Source of the DNA: Myxococcales bacterium | Lineage (GTDB): Bacteria; Myxococcota_A; Polyangia; Polyangiales; DASUME01 | DNA: 64,000 nt | NCBI GenBank assembly: GCA_047601445.1 | Contig: JASGJH010000001.1 | Span: forward strand, 2,016,001-2,080,000 | Reading direction: 5' to 3' | Part shown: positions 25,277 through 35,713 of the stretch, piece after piece | How the letters are laid out: every line of letters begins with the position of its first letter | Position numbering within the stretch: position 1 is the stretch's first letter | The notes under the pieces: generated by a model | What the model was told of the DNA's origin: nothing | Seen by the model: only the letters and a program-made list of their open reading frames with translations | The model's database searches: none | Made by a program: the position numbers and the translations under genes

Positions 25277-27600
25277 CCGCCCGCTGCTTCGAGCACGAAG
25301 GGATAGGAGACGATAACGATGCCGCCGCCGTCGGGAGCCGGGAAGGTCCAGCGACGCACCGCGGTGGCGATGCAGCCCTCGGCCTTGGGGCTACCCAGGG
25401 TCGAGCTCTCCACGTTGGCCGCCTGCACGGCGCCCGAGGGAGAGATGATGAACTTCACCTGCACGCGACCGGCGATGTCCGGGCGAGAGTTGAGTTCCTG
25501 CTCGTAGCAGAAGCGCACCTCGTTGATGTGGCGCTGAATCACGCGACGAATGACTTCCTTCGAGAGCGAGCCGCGGACGTCGGCGTTACCCGAGCGGATC
25601 TGCGGGACCTTCGCGTCGCGACCGCGGAAGCCGCCTGCGCCACGGCCGTAGCCGGAGCCCGAGCCACCGCCGCCACCGTGACCGATGGTGCCGAGGTTGC
25701 CGAGGCCGATGGTGCCCTCGCCGGTGCCGCCGCCGCCACGACCGGTGCCGCGCAGACCGAGACCGCCGAAGCCCTGGTTCTCACCGATGGCATCACCCAT
25801 CAGCGCGCCGAGGGCGCTCATCGGGTCGTAGCCGAGGGCCGTGTCCTGGCCGTACGGAGAGGTGGGTGAGTTCCACGAACCCGTGGACTGCGAAAGCACG
25901 CCAAGAATACCGGCGTTCTTCGCCTCTTCCTTGGCCGCTTCGCGCGCCATGTGGGGGTCTTCGTTGTCGGCCGGACCTTCGATGGCGTACTTGTTCTTGG
26001 TCTTCTTGGCCTCTTCCTTACCCATCGCGCCTTCTTCGTCCTTGTGGCGCTTACCCTTGCCGCCTTCGTCGTCCTGCTGGTCCGACGGCTGCAGCCAATC
26101 CGGCTGCTCTTCCTCAAGGGTTTCCGGGGGCTCCATCAGGTACTTCGCGAGGCGCGAGTCCTCGTTCAACAGGTCGAGCGAGAGGCCCGAACCGCTGGGA
26201 GGCATGAAGTACATCATCGCCAGGAACAGGCCGTGGAACGCGAAGGAGAACAGCGTCCAGGCGTTCTTCTTGATGTCGAAGCCGCCCTGTCCGCCGTAAC
26301 CCACGACCTTGCCCGCGTTCACCGGGCGCACCACGAAGGTGAGGCCACGGTAGTTCACGCGCGCAGTGGCGCCCGGGGGCAGCGTGTACTGCTGGGCTCC
26401 GGCCATCTCGGCGCAGGGCTGGGTGCGGCCACCGCTGATGAGGTCGGTGACGCTCATGCGGTCGGTGCCGATGGAGATCTCGCCGGTGGCTCCCTGCGGA
26501 AGCACGACGGCGGCACTGCCACCCGCGTCCACCACGACCGGCATGCGCTCGCTGCCGATGAGCTCGCTGCCGATGAGGTAGTCCGTGGTCGACTTGCCCT
26601 TCGCGTCGGTGGCCTCACCAACGTAGAAGGAGCGAATCGGGTTGAGGTGGTCGACGTGGAGAACGGCGTTGTCGCCCCACATCACCATGACCTCGACCGC
26701 GCGCTCGCCGGTCTCGACCTCGTCGGGGTTCGGCGCGGGTGCGCTGGCCACAAGGCCGTAACGCACGCGCTCGGGATCTTCCTCGCCCTCCTCGAGGTAG
26801 TCGGGACGCGGGCCCTCGGCCACCGCAGGTGCGGCGCCGTAGGCGGCCGCTGCGTAGCCGGGAGCTGCACCACCGAAACCGGGCGGAGCGAAGCCGGCCG
26901 GAGCACCACCGCCGAAGGCAGGGGCCGGAGCCTGGCCAGCCGGAGCTGCGAAGGGATTGCCGAACGGATTCGGCGGAGCACCACCGGGACGCGCGGCGGC
27001 AGGCGGCGGAGCGAAACCACCAACCGGCGGCACGGAACCGCGGGCGGGCGGCGGGAAGGAACCAAGTCCGGCGGCGGGCGGCGGCACCGAACCCACGGCG
27101 GGCGCAGCGACGGCGGGAGCCTGCATGCCGATCAGCGTGCCCTGCTTGGGCGCGGGCCGAGGAGCGGCGGGACGAGCAGCCGGGGGCGGCATCGGCGCCG
27201 AAGCCGAGGGGTCCGCGTGCTCCGCAGCCATAGCCGCGAAGTCCACTCCGATCTTCGAGCGCTCAACCGCCATGGTCGAGTCCTCGTCGCCGGCACCGAT
27301 TTCGACGATCAACCGGGTCTCACCGACCACGATCTCATCGCCGTTCTCGAGCCGCGCCTTGTTGCTGCGCTGGCCGTTGACGAACGTGCCCGCCGCGGAG
27401 CCCAAGTCGATGATGTAGATCTCATCGGGCCCAGTGACCTCGATCATCGCATGCATACGCGATGCGAGGTCGTCCTCGAGGCGGAGGTGGCTCGACGCGA
27501 CCTTGCCAATCTTCACGATGGGCTCAGCAAACGTCTCCGACCGGAGAAACTGCTCCCCACGATAGATATCGAACTTGATGGGGATCCTGGGATTAGACAC
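25273..27600 (-). CDS. gltG: GltG/PglI-like protein: FHA domain, Pro/Gly-rich linker, TM helix, TonB-C-like (AgmX/PglI) C-terminal domain
   Basis: FHA (IGK...ASRMHA...DLGSAAGTFVNG), one TM helix, C-terminal GSLSKEVIRRVI...VRFCYE...C...WTFPAPDGGGIVIVSYPF. GTG start with GGAGG RBS. Confidence 0.88.
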   Translation of the reverse strand: MSNPRIPIKFDIYRGEQFLRSETFAEPIVKIGKVASSHLRLEDDLASRMHAMIEVTGPDEIYIIDLGSAAGTFVNGQRSNKARLENGDEIVVGETRLIVEIGAGDEDSTMAVERSKIGVDFAAMAAEHADPSASAPMPPPAARPAAPRPAPKQGTLIGMQAPAVAAPAVGSVPPPAAGLGSFPPPARGSVPPVGGFAPPPAAARPGGAPPNPFGNPFAAPAGQAPAPAFGGGAPAGFAPPGFGGAAPGYAAAAYGAAPAVAEGPRPDYLEEGEEDPERVRYGLVASAPAPNPDEVETGERAVEVMVMWGDNAVLHVDHLNPIRSFYVGEATDAKGKSTTDYLIGSELIGSERMPVVVDAGGSAAVVLPQGATGEISIGTDRMSVTDLISGGRTQPCAEMAGAQQYTLPPGATARVNYRGLTFVVRPVNAGKVVGYGGQGGFDIKKNAWTLFSFAFHGLFLAMMYFMPPSGSGLSLDLLNEDSRLAKYLMEPPETLEEEQPDWLQPSDQQDDEGGKGKRHKDEEGAMGKEEAKKTKNKYAIEGPADNEDPHMAREAAKEEAKNAGILGVLSQSTGSWNSPTSPYGQDTALGYDPMSALGALMGDAIGENQGFGGLGLRGTGRGGGGTGEGTIGLGNLGTIGHGGGGGSGSGYGRGAGGFRGRDAKVPQIRSGNADVRGSLSKEVIRRVIQRHINEVRFCYEQELNSRPDIAGRVQVKFIISPSGAVQAANVESSTLGSPKAEGCIATAVRRWTFPAPDGGGIVIVSYPFVLEAAGG

Positions 27601-27737
27601 CGTCGCCTCCAACCAGCGCTCACCGGTCGCCCGGTAACAAAAAGCCTCTAGCGGTCGCATTCAACGCGGCCGCCAAACTACAAACTTGCGGAACTTCTAG
27701 CTACAGCCTCGACGTCACCCGTCGAACGAAGGACCTC

Positions 27738-27986
27738 TCAGAGGTCTTCGACCGACTTGAGCATCTCGGGGATGAAATGCTCACGAATCTGGATCAGCGA
27801 GGCACGGTTGCCGCGGCGGCGGACGCTCAGCAGCTCACCATCGGGGCGCACCAGGTCACCAGTAACCAGGTCGTCCTCGAAATCGTACGTGGTCTCACCG
27901 CCGCCAGCGGGCTTGTCTTGGGCCAGGACCGCACCGGACACCGAAAGGACCCCCAAGACGAGCGAAATTCCAAAGAGTTTTGTCAT
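27738..27986 (-). CDS. gltF: GltF/CglF-like small secreted gliding protein
   Basis: Signal peptide; YDFEDDLVTGDLVRPDGE...SLIQIREHFIPEMLKSV; lies between gltE and gltG. Confidence 0.85.
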   Translation of the reverse strand: MTKLFGISLVLGVLSVSGAVLAQDKPAGGGETTYDFEDDLVTGDLVRPDGELLSVRRRGNRASLIQIREHFIPEMLKSVEDL

Positions 27987-28099
27987 ACGCCTCTCCCGCA
28001 TGTCGCTCAGCTCAGCCGTTGCCTCGCTGTGTACGACAGCTCAACCACCCGAAGGTTCCCCAAAAAAAGCAAACTTGAGCGGTTCGTTTTAACCGCCCA

Positions 28100-28123
28100 G
28101 GGCGCGCGGACCCCCGCGCGCCC
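28100..28123. other. Intra-operon GC hairpin just after the gltE stop
   Basis: GGGCGCGCGG-ACCC-CCGCGCGCCC perfect 10-bp stem. Confidence 0.55.
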
Positions 28124-28133
28124 CTTTATACCG

Positions 28134-29498
28134 TCACTGCTGCGGCGGGGTTGCGCCCGCTGCCTGCTTTTCCATCTCCGCCATCGCGGCCATGGCCTCG
28201 ATCGCGAGCTGGATGTTCTGGCGACGCCCCGGACGGCAGGTCTTGGAAGACTTGCGCTTCTTCTTGGCGTCGTCGTTCCCACAGCGACGCTCGATGTCGT
28301 CCACCACGGGCTTGAGCACGGCGTTGCCGCCGGCGCGCTGCACGAACTGGTCGTAGTAGCTGAGGGCCTGCTTCATGTCGGCCACGGAGCCGGACATGAA
28401 GTCCTGATAGAGGATGCCCAGGTTGAAGTAGGCCTCGGGGCGTCCGGCACTGATGCCCTTGGCCTCCTCGTACTGCTTCTTGGCTCCCTCGGCGTCATTC
28501 AGGCCACGGAGCGCCGCGCCGAGACCGACGCGAGCATCGTAGTTCTTGGGGTTCAGCTCGACCGCCGTCGTGAACGCCTTGCGGGCGTCCTCGTAGCCAC
28601 GGAAGCTGAGCGTGATCTGTCCGAAGTTCATGTGAGCTTCGAAGTTCTTGGGATCGAGCTGGGCAGCCTTCTCGAACATGCGGAGAGCGTCGAACACGTT
28701 CTCCTTGCGCACGTTGATGAGGCCCCAGGTGTTGTAGATGGGCGCGTAGTTCGCGTTGATGAGCTGGGCCTGACGGCACACGACGCCGGCCAGGTCGAGC
28801 ATCTTCTTGTTGTCCTGGGCGCGCCCGAGGAACAACAGCGCCATCTGGTTGAACGCCGGCAAGAACTGGGCGTCGATAGCGAGTGCACGGCGCAGGTTGT
28901 TCAGCGCGTCCTCGCTGCTCGCCCCGTTGCGAGCCATCTGCATCATGGCCAGGTTGACGTAGCCCTCGGTGCAGCGAGCGTCACTGCGCACCGCCTGCTC
29001 GAAGGAGGCGAAGGCCTGCGCCTCACTGCCCTTCTTGAAGGCGTCGATGCCCAGCCCCACGCGGGCGCCGCACAGCTTGGAGTCGATGGCGAGCGCCGCA
29101 TTGTACTGCTTGAGCGCCTCGTCCGACTTGCCGCAGCGGTCGGCGACCAGGCCCTGCATGTACACGGCCTCGGCAAACCTTCCGCCCTGCTTCTTGTTCG
29201 CATCGCGGAACGTCTCGGCCACGGAGTCGCAGTTGCCGGGGTTCCAGCCGGCCTTGTCGGCGGCGTCGAACGCAGCAGCGGCTTCCTTCCAGTTGGCCTC
29301 GGCTTCCTTCGAAACCGCGGCTCCGGAAGAGGAGCGCACCACATTGCCCGCCGCGTCCTTCGCGGCGTTGGCAGGGGTGGTGGTGTCGCCACCACTCGCC
29401 GCCTTGGAGCCACCGCAGGCCCCCACGGTGAGCATGGAAGCGGCCAACAGGAGTGAGAGGGTCTTGGTCTTCTTCATACGCGTTTCCATTCCCGTCAT
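28134..29498 (-). CDS. gltE: GltE/AglT-like TPR lipoprotein
   Basis: Lipobox TVGAC; TPRs (YAPIYNTWGL, AHMNFG, AYFNLGILYQ); ATGA overlap with the gltD stop. Confidence 0.82.
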   Translation of the reverse strand: MTGMETRMKKTKTLSLLLAASMLTVGACGGSKAASGGDTTTPANAAKDAAGNVVRSSSGAAVSKEAEANWKEAAAAFDAADKAGWNPGNCDSVAETFRDANKKQGGRFAEAVYMQGLVADRCGKSDEALKQYNAALAIDSKLCGARVGLGIDAFKKGSEAQAFASFEQAVRSDARCTEGYVNLAMMQMARNGASSEDALNNLRRALAIDAQFLPAFNQMALLFLGRAQDNKKMLDLAGVVCRQAQLINANYAPIYNTWGLINVRKENVFDALRMFEKAAQLDPKNFEAHMNFGQITLSFRGYEDARKAFTTAVELNPKNYDARVGLGAALRGLNDAEGAKKQYEEAKGISAGRPEAYFNLGILYQDFMSGSVADMKQALSYYDQFVQRAGGNAVLKPVVDDIERRCGNDDAKKKRKSSKTCRPGRRQNIQLAIEAMAAMAEMEKQAAGATPPQQ

Positions 29499-32400
29499 TC
29501 CTCGTCGTCGGCGCGACCGATTTGCGCGGTCACAGGATCAGCAACCTTCTGCTGCACGTAGCTCGGAGAGCCACGCAGCTCGGCTGCCAGCGGGTACTTG
29601 CGGGGGTCGAGCTTGTTCAACTCGAGCTCGCACTGCTGCGAGAACTGGTTGAACCAACGGACCTGCGTGGCGAGGGTCATGCAGAAGTCGAAGGCGCCGG
29701 TTGCCTTGATCACCCAGGGCTGAGACTTCTCGTCCAAGCTACCCAGGTAGATGTCCATCAGCTCCGGGTCCTTCTTGATCTCATCGGGCACCGGTGCATC
29801 GCGGAACTCGTCCACGAAAGTCCGGTACATCACGCCGACGCGAGCGGCGGCCGCGATGTCCCACATGGGAGCCTTGAGTTCGCGCACCTTGACGTAGGCG
29901 TCTTCGGCGGCCTTGAGGGACTTGCCCTTCTCCTCGATCCACTTGACGAACGGTCCGGTCGCCCAGGCGTTGACCTTGGCCATGTCGGACGCGCCCTTGA
30001 GCTCGGGGAACTTGATCTTCTCGAATTCCGCGAACTGATACTCGGCCAGATACCACAGCGCCTGTGCGGTGGCCTGACTGCCTTCGGCCTGCCACTTGCT
30101 CGCCTTGTCGGCATCGCCATTGGCCAGCTTCTCGATGGCCGCAGGAGCGCCGCTCTGCCAGAGCTTGGTGGCTGCCTTGAAGAACTTCTCGGCATCCGGC
30201 TTCTTGTTCATGTTCCACATCGCAACGCCGATCTGGACGTTGGCGCGGATCTCTTCGTTCGGGAGTGCCTGGCGGCCGTACTTCTTCAGATAGCTCTGAT
30301 AGTGCTCGGCGACCTTGGCCCAATCGTTCTGGCGCTCGTAGATCGAGGCCATGGAGTAGATGACCTGCGAGGTCTCGCGCGGGTACTTCTTGGAGAAGTT
30401 CTTCTCGTAGAGCTTGGCGTCGTCGACGGCCTTCTGGTCGTCGCCGATACCGAGGCGGAAGAACACCGCGTCCTGCAGCGCTTCGGCAGCCTTCGGGCAG
30501 GTCCCGTTGGAGATGTCCTGCTCCGTGCAGCTCTTGCCGTCTTCGCCCGGGAACTTCGTCGCGAAGGTCTCGTAGTACTCGGCGGCCTTGTTGTAGAGCG
30601 CGAGAGCCTGGAAGTTCGCACCGGTGAGGTACAAGCTCTTCTTGGCCAGCGGGCTGTCGGGCATCTTGTCGGTGAGCACGCCGCGCACCTTGATGGCGCG
30701 ACCGATCAGCTTGGCTGCTTCGAAGTTGAGCGCGGCGTTGTACAGCACTTCGTCGGCCTTGCCGCAGTTGGGGAACTTGCGGAACAGGTTGACGTAGGTG
30801 TAGGCAGCGTCGCGGAACTCCTTCTTCTGCTGGTGAGCTTCCGCCTTCTTGCGCTGGATGTCGCAGCGAAGCTGCTCGAGCGGTCCGCACAGACCGTCGT
30901 GCTCGCTCTTGGCTTCGGTCGTCGCGCAATAGAGATCGTGGATCTCCGGCACGTTGGCGGCCATCTGGTCGTAGCACTGGGGCCGCACGTCATCCTTGCG
31001 CATGGAGGCGAGGACGTTGAGCGAGTCCAGGTACAGGTTCGCCGCGTACTCCGCGAGCTCGCTGTCCTTGTGGTGATAGGCGATGTCCTTGAAGATGACG
31101 GACGCCTCTTCGTAGCGGTTCGCCTCGTAGTAAATGCGCGCGCGGCGATACTTCATGGTCGCGAGGTCTTCGCTGTTCGGCACGAAGCAGACGTAGCGCT
31201 GGAACGCCTTGAGCATGCCGGCTTCGAGGGGCGTGAACTCACGCGCCTTGAGGGCAGCACTCTCGTCCTCTGCCGCGGCCTGACCCTTCTTGCCCTTCTT
31301 GGCGCCGGAGTCGTGCTTGGCCGTGGCCTTCTCACCCGCGGAGAACTGCTGCTGGTACAGGTTGTTGTAACAGAGCACTGCTGCCAACGCGGCGTCCGCG
31401 GTGAACGGACCCTTGGGGTCGAGATCGACCACCTTGTCGAAGGCGGGCGCGCACTCAGCCCAACGCTCCATCTTCCACAGGAGCTCCGCGTAGAAGTAAC
31501 CAACGCGGTACTCGGTCGGCCAGTCGCGCTTGTCGATCTGGGGGAACTCGAGGCTGCCCATGTCGGGGAACTTCTCGAGCAAGAGGCGATAGAGCGTCGC
31601 AGCGAGCTCCATCGTCTTCTTGTCGTTGGTACCGGGCTGGGTATCGGTGCCGATGGCCTCTCGGTGCCACGCGGTGGCGAGGTCGACCAGCGTGCTGGCA
31701 GAAGCCTGCTTGCAGGTCTTCTTGTCCTCTTCCTTGTGGTCGGCGGCCTTGAAGCTGTCGAACACGTCGACCAGGCGCTGCACTTCCGTGACGCCCTTCT
31801 TCTTGTCGCCGCTGGCGAGCGCGGCGTTGGTGACGCGGCTCTGCCAGTAGCAGAGCTTGCCGCTGCTGGGCTGTTCGCTCATCAGCTTGTGGTAGACCTG
31901 GACGGTCGCTTCCCACTCACCGGTGTCGTAGTAGAGCTCGGCCAGGTTCTCGAGCATTTCGTAGGCCTGAGCCTCGTCCGCGGCGAAGCGGCTGAAGAAC
32001 TCGAGGGCCTTGCCGGGCGTGCCCGCACGCGCGTAGGGCATCACCAACTCGCGGCGCGACTGCTTGACGAGGTTCGTCACGTCGCGACCTTCGGGGTTGC
32101 TCTTGCCGTACTCGATGACCTCGACGAACTTCTGCAGAGAGCCCTTGAAGTCGTCCAAGTTGTACAAACACCAGGCTTGCTTGTAGAGCGCGTAGCCGTA
32201 CACGGCGTTGCGTTCCGGCGGGAACTCGGTGACCTTGCCGTAGAACTTGGTGGCAGCGGTCATGTCGCCCTGGGCGAAGTAGTGCTCTGCGAACGACAGA
32301 TAGGCGTTCGGCACGAACTTGCTCTCGGGGAAGTTCTTGATCAGGCGGTAGTAGACCTCGCGCGCCTTGTCGTTCTGCTTCATCTCGTCGAGCGAGAAGC

Positions 32401-33103
32401 CCAACGCGAAGAGCACTTCGTCCATACGCTTGAAGTTCGGGTGGTCCTGCACGAGGGTCGCGTAGGCCTTGATGGCCTCCTTGCGGTACTCCTCGTTCTT
32501 CTTCCCCAGGTTCTTCTGCTGGTCCTGGAGCTGCTTGACCTTCTCCTTATTCTTCGCCTGCTGCGCCTGGTAGATCGGCTCGTCCAGCGCGCGCAGCTTG
32601 GAGTTGGTGGTCTGTTGCAGCTCGAAGAAGGTCTCGGCGAGACGCAAGACAACGTCCGGACGCTTCGGAGAGTCGACCGGGTAGTTCTTGATCATGCGCT
32701 TGAGAACGGTGATTTCCTTCTCGAGTAGCGCATCGGCTCGGGCCTGCGTCGCCGTCTGGTTGCGCAGCGTGGCGGCGTCGATGGTGATCGACGGTCCCTT
32801 CTGCTGTTCCTTGGCCGCATCCTTCTTGCGGGCCGAGCTGGCGAGGTTCGACTTGGGCGCCTGCGACTTGCCGAGCAAGCTACCGCCCTTGTCGAAACGG
32901 GGCGCGTTCGCGGGACACTCTTCGACCGAGGTTACGATGGAGGGAGATACACAAGCCCCGCCGCTCGCACCTGCACCTGCAGAAGAAGCCGTAGAGGCCT
33001 TCTTGCTGTCCGATTCTTTGCCCGACTGAGCGCCGACCCAAAGCGGACTCGACCCGATGACCACTGCGAAAGCAGTGGCTGCAACGATCCTGACGTGACG
33101 CAT
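29495..33103 (-). CDS. gltD: GltD/AgmU-like large periplasmic TPR protein
   Basis: 1202 aa; signal peptide; TPR clusters (RLAETFFE, DEVLFALG, YALYKQAWCLYNL, DEVLYNAA); position between gltC and gltE. Confidence 0.82.
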   Translation of the reverse strand: MRHVRIVAATAFAVVIGSSPLWVGAQSGKESDSKKASTASSAGAGASGGACVSPSIVTSVEECPANAPRFDKGGSLLGKSQAPKSNLASSARKKDAAKEQQKGPSITIDAATLRNQTATQARADALLEKEITVLKRMIKNYPVDSPKRPDVVLRLAETFFELQQTTNSKLRALDEPIYQAQQAKNKEKVKQLQDQQKNLGKKNEEYRKEAIKAYATLVQDHPNFKRMDEVLFALGFSLDEMKQNDKAREVYYRLIKNFPESKFVPNAYLSFAEHYFAQGDMTAATKFYGKVTEFPPERNAVYGYALYKQAWCLYNLDDFKGSLQKFVEVIEYGKSNPEGRDVTNLVKQSRRELVMPYARAGTPGKALEFFSRFAADEAQAYEMLENLAELYYDTGEWEATVQVYHKLMSEQPSSGKLCYWQSRVTNAALASGDKKKGVTEVQRLVDVFDSFKAADHKEEDKKTCKQASASTLVDLATAWHREAIGTDTQPGTNDKKTMELAATLYRLLLEKFPDMGSLEFPQIDKRDWPTEYRVGYFYAELLWKMERWAECAPAFDKVVDLDPKGPFTADAALAAVLCYNNLYQQQFSAGEKATAKHDSGAKKGKKGQAAAEDESAALKAREFTPLEAGMLKAFQRYVCFVPNSEDLATMKYRRARIYYEANRYEEASVIFKDIAYHHKDSELAEYAANLYLDSLNVLASMRKDDVRPQCYDQMAANVPEIHDLYCATTEAKSEHDGLCGPLEQLRCDIQRKKAEAHQQKKEFRDAAYTYVNLFRKFPNCGKADEVLYNAALNFEAAKLIGRAIKVRGVLTDKMPDSPLAKKSLYLTGANFQALALYNKAAEYYETFATKFPGEDGKSCTEQDISNGTCPKAAEALQDAVFFRLGIGDDQKAVDDAKLYEKNFSKKYPRETSQVIYSMASIYERQNDWAKVAEHYQSYLKKYGRQALPNEEIRANVQIGVAMWNMNKKPDAEKFFKAATKLWQSGAPAAIEKLANGDADKASKWQAEGSQATAQALWYLAEYQFAEFEKIKFPELKGASDMAKVNAWATGPFVKWIEEKGKSLKAAEDAYVKVRELKAPMWDIAAAARVGVMYRTFVDEFRDAPVPDEIKKDPELMDIYLGSLDEKSQPWVIKATGAFDFCMTLATQVRWFNQFSQQCELELNKLDPRKYPLAAELRGSPSYVQQKVADPVTAQIGRADDEE

Positions 33104-33124
33104 TCTTCGATCCTTCCGCCTAAA

Positions 33125-34840
33125 TCAACGCCGGCACTGAGACGTAACTTGCTGGCGATAGAAGCCCAGCTCATCGCGCCAGTACTCGCCATCAAAAGGC
33201 CAGACTTGGTGCTCTTCATCGACTTCGACTTTGCCGCCCGCGGAGCTTCCCGGAGGAGCCTGCTCCTGCAGAGATGCGGTCAGCTCGCCGCGTTCGTAGG
33301 TGGCGACTTCAAGGTCCACCGCGTCGATCTGGTTCATGAAATCCTGGAGCTCGCTAACGAGACGCGTGTAGCGACCGCGCGCGAGATCGCCCGTCTGTTC
33401 CACCGCGAACGACTTCGCCAGTGCGGCGTCCTGCAGGATGCGCGCACCCACGCTGGAGCTCTTGAACGCGACTGGCTCAGCCTTCAGCTTCGCCTCTTCG
33501 GCTTCGAGTTGTTTCACGTATTCCAGATGGCGAAGCACGGTGCGGTCCGACAACGCGGTCGACACGATGCCGCGGATAGCGGGGGAGAGGCGAGTCTCCT
33601 CGCCGTCGCGGACCTTGGTCAAGAACTTGTAGAACGACTCGTTGTCCTTGAATTCCGAGAGCTTTGCTTGCAGCTCGGTCTGGACGGGATCGTACCGCTC
33701 GTGGAACTTCGTCACCATCGCGGACGCGTTCTCCATCTGGCAGTTGTAGAAGAAGATCACCGACTTCAGGACCAGCGCTTCCGGATAGTAGGAGTTCTCG
33801 AAGTAGGGCGAGAACACCGTGTGGATGTTGCCCATGGCGCGCGAGAACTCGTCCGCCAGGAAGAACGCGAACGATCCCTCGAAGAGCGCGTCGAGCCAGT
33901 ACTCGCTGCCCGGATCCACGCGGCTCCAGGCGTCGACCGCGGCGCCCAGCAGGCGACCGTCGACATCGCGCTCACCGGTCTCCTGATCGACCTTGTTGGC
34001 AGCCGTGTAGTACACGCGCGCCAGCGAGAGCCAGGCGAGGTCGTGCACGCGATCCTGCTCGTCCGTCTCGAGATCGCCCGACTCGAGGGCTTCGACGATG
34101 GCGCGGAAGGCCTGGATGGCAGGGCGAGCCTGGCGCATGCGCACGTAGCTGATGCCCTTGAACATGCTGGCCTGGACGTACCACTTCGAGTTCGAGGGCA
34201 CCTTGTCGAACAGCTCGATGGCCTGCTCGAACTCGCCCTGCGCGTACTTGGAGCGACCGAGCAGGTAAAGCAGCTGGGCGTAGATGGCCTTGCCCTCGCC
34301 GTTGTTGAACTGCTCGATCTGCGCGAGATCGTAGCGGCCCACCTTCTCGATGATGCCTGCCGGCTCGGGCAACTGCGAGGCGAGCTGCGCCAGCCACTGC
34401 AGGCTCTGCTCGAAGAAGAGGTGCCCCGTGCCCTGCTGGCTGATCTCGTCGAAGATCGCGAGCGCCGACTGGTAGTAGCCGAGGTGGTAGAGCGACTTGC
34501 CCAGGAAGAACTGCGCCTTCTGCTGGTTGCCGGGCGTGTCGGGCGTTTCGCCTTCCACGATGCGCTGCAGCTGCACGGACGCCTCCTGATGGCGATCGTC
34601 CTGGTAGAGCTTGAGCGCGCCGGCGAGGGCGGCGGAGGGAGGGCCTTCTTCGGGAGGCGGCTTCGGCGCGGACTTCTCAACCTTGGCAGGCGCGCCCTTC
34701 CCCGGCTTTGCCGGTGCCGCCTCTTCGGTCTCCTCCATGTCGAAGCTCATGTCCTGAGCTGCGACCTGGGACGTTCCCAGGGCGAGCATCACTGCGATCG
34801 CCTTGTGCGCTGCCGACTTCACAACCTGGCTGTGCCTCAT
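33125..34840 (-). CDS. gltC: GltC-like periplasmic TPR protein
   Basis: Signal peptide, TPRs and the characteristic C-terminus DEEHQVWPFDGEYWRDELGFYR...C. Confidence 0.85.
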   Translation of the reverse strand: MRHSQVVKSAAHKAIAVMLALGTSQVAAQDMSFDMEETEEAAPAKPGKGAPAKVEKSAPKPPPEEGPPSAALAGALKLYQDDRHQEASVQLQRIVEGETPDTPGNQQKAQFFLGKSLYHLGYYQSALAIFDEISQQGTGHLFFEQSLQWLAQLASQLPEPAGIIEKVGRYDLAQIEQFNNGEGKAIYAQLLYLLGRSKYAQGEFEQAIELFDKVPSNSKWYVQASMFKGISYVRMRQARPAIQAFRAIVEALESGDLETDEQDRVHDLAWLSLARVYYTAANKVDQETGERDVDGRLLGAAVDAWSRVDPGSEYWLDALFEGSFAFFLADEFSRAMGNIHTVFSPYFENSYYPEALVLKSVIFFYNCQMENASAMVTKFHERYDPVQTELQAKLSEFKDNESFYKFLTKVRDGEETRLSPAIRGIVSTALSDRTVLRHLEYVKQLEAEEAKLKAEPVAFKSSSVGARILQDAALAKSFAVEQTGDLARGRYTRLVSELQDFMNQIDAVDLEVATYERGELTASLQEQAPPGSSAGGKVEVDEEHQVWPFDGEYWRDELGFYRQQVTSQCRR

Positions 34841-35002
34841 CCGATCCTCTTCTCAGGCGGGGGGTGTCTGCGGAGGTCCTTGCGTCACCGCAAGCGACTT
34901 ATGGAGCCCGATGTTCCGCTGCCAACAGCGGATTACACGGGGCTCCTAGAACTTCCCAAATTTCCAAGCAAAATCAGTCACTTAGGCCGCAGAGTGCGAG
35001 TG

Positions 35003-35032
35003 ATGATATCGACGCACAATGTTGCGTGTCAA
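35003..35032 (-). promoter_or_regulatory. Sigma70-type promoter for the gltC-D-E-F-G operon
   Basis: Minus strand TTGACA (35032-35027), N18, TATCAT (35008-35003). Confidence 0.7.
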
Positions 35033-35127
35033 CGAAAAAGGTGGGTGAAGAAACAGGGGTACACGTCTCACCGCGCGAGCGTGAGCACGCGCCAACTTGG
35101 GGGATGGAGTGAGACAGTACACCGCTC

Positions 35128-35157
35128 TTGACACTGCCTCTCCACGCGAACTAGCGT
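35128..35157 (+). promoter_or_regulatory. Sigma70-type promoter for the Cys-rich lipoprotein
   Basis: TTGACA (35128-35133), N18, TAGCGT (35152-35157), about 57 bp before ATG 35215. Confidence 0.6.
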
Positions 35158-35214
35158 GCGGCGCCTGCGGCAGAGAAAGTGCTGCTAAAGACGAGCTCGG
35201 TAGGAAGAGGCAGG

Positions 35215-35706
35215 ATGCAACTCTCGGTATCGAAATTCGGCGCGTTCGCGCTACTTGGCTTCTTGGTCACCGCCTGCACCGATGAGGGCGTGGGAGATCC
35301 GTGTATCCCTGAAACGATTCCCTGCACGGAAGCCACGGACACGACCCCCAAGCGCTGCGGGTTTAACCTTCAAGAGTCCTACATCGAGTCCAGCTCGGTG
35401 CAGTGCCGCAGTCGCCTGTGCATCGTGCACCGCCTCGACAACCACACCGACGGCAAGACCCCGGCGGACCCGACGCAGATCTGCAAGACGGGTGAGGACC
35501 GCACCGATCGCGGCTGCGTCACCGAGCCCGAAATCAGCCAGTCCATCTTCTGCACGTGCCGCTGCGACGGCCCCTCCACCAGCGTGGACTTCTGCCAGTG
35601 TCCGGACGGCTTCCAGTGCAAGGAAGTGCTGACCCTGGGCGGCGACGGCATCCGCGGCAGCTACTGCGTGAAGCCCGAGCAGAAGACCGTCGGCGACCAG
35701 AACTGA
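35215..35706 (+). CDS. Cys-rich lipoprotein, CglC/GltK-like
   Basis: Lipobox LVTAC; GVGDPC, QCRSRLC, FCTCRC, CQCPDGFQC, GSYCV; divergent from gltC. Orthology is inferred from size, Cys content and context. Confidence 0.6.
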   Translation: MQLSVSKFGAFALLGFLVTACTDEGVGDPCIPETIPCTEATDTTPKRCGFNLQESYIESSSVQCRSRLCIVHRLDNHTDGKTPADPTQICKTGEDRTDRGCVTEPEISQSIFCTCRCDGPSTSVDFCQCPDGFQCKEVLTLGGDGIRGSYCVKPEQKTVGDQN

Positions 35707-35713
35707 GCCCGGC

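Noticed and set aside
27777..35131. Long plus-strand ORFs (559, 1091 and 678 aa)
   Set aside because: Antisense shadows of gltE, gltD and gltC.
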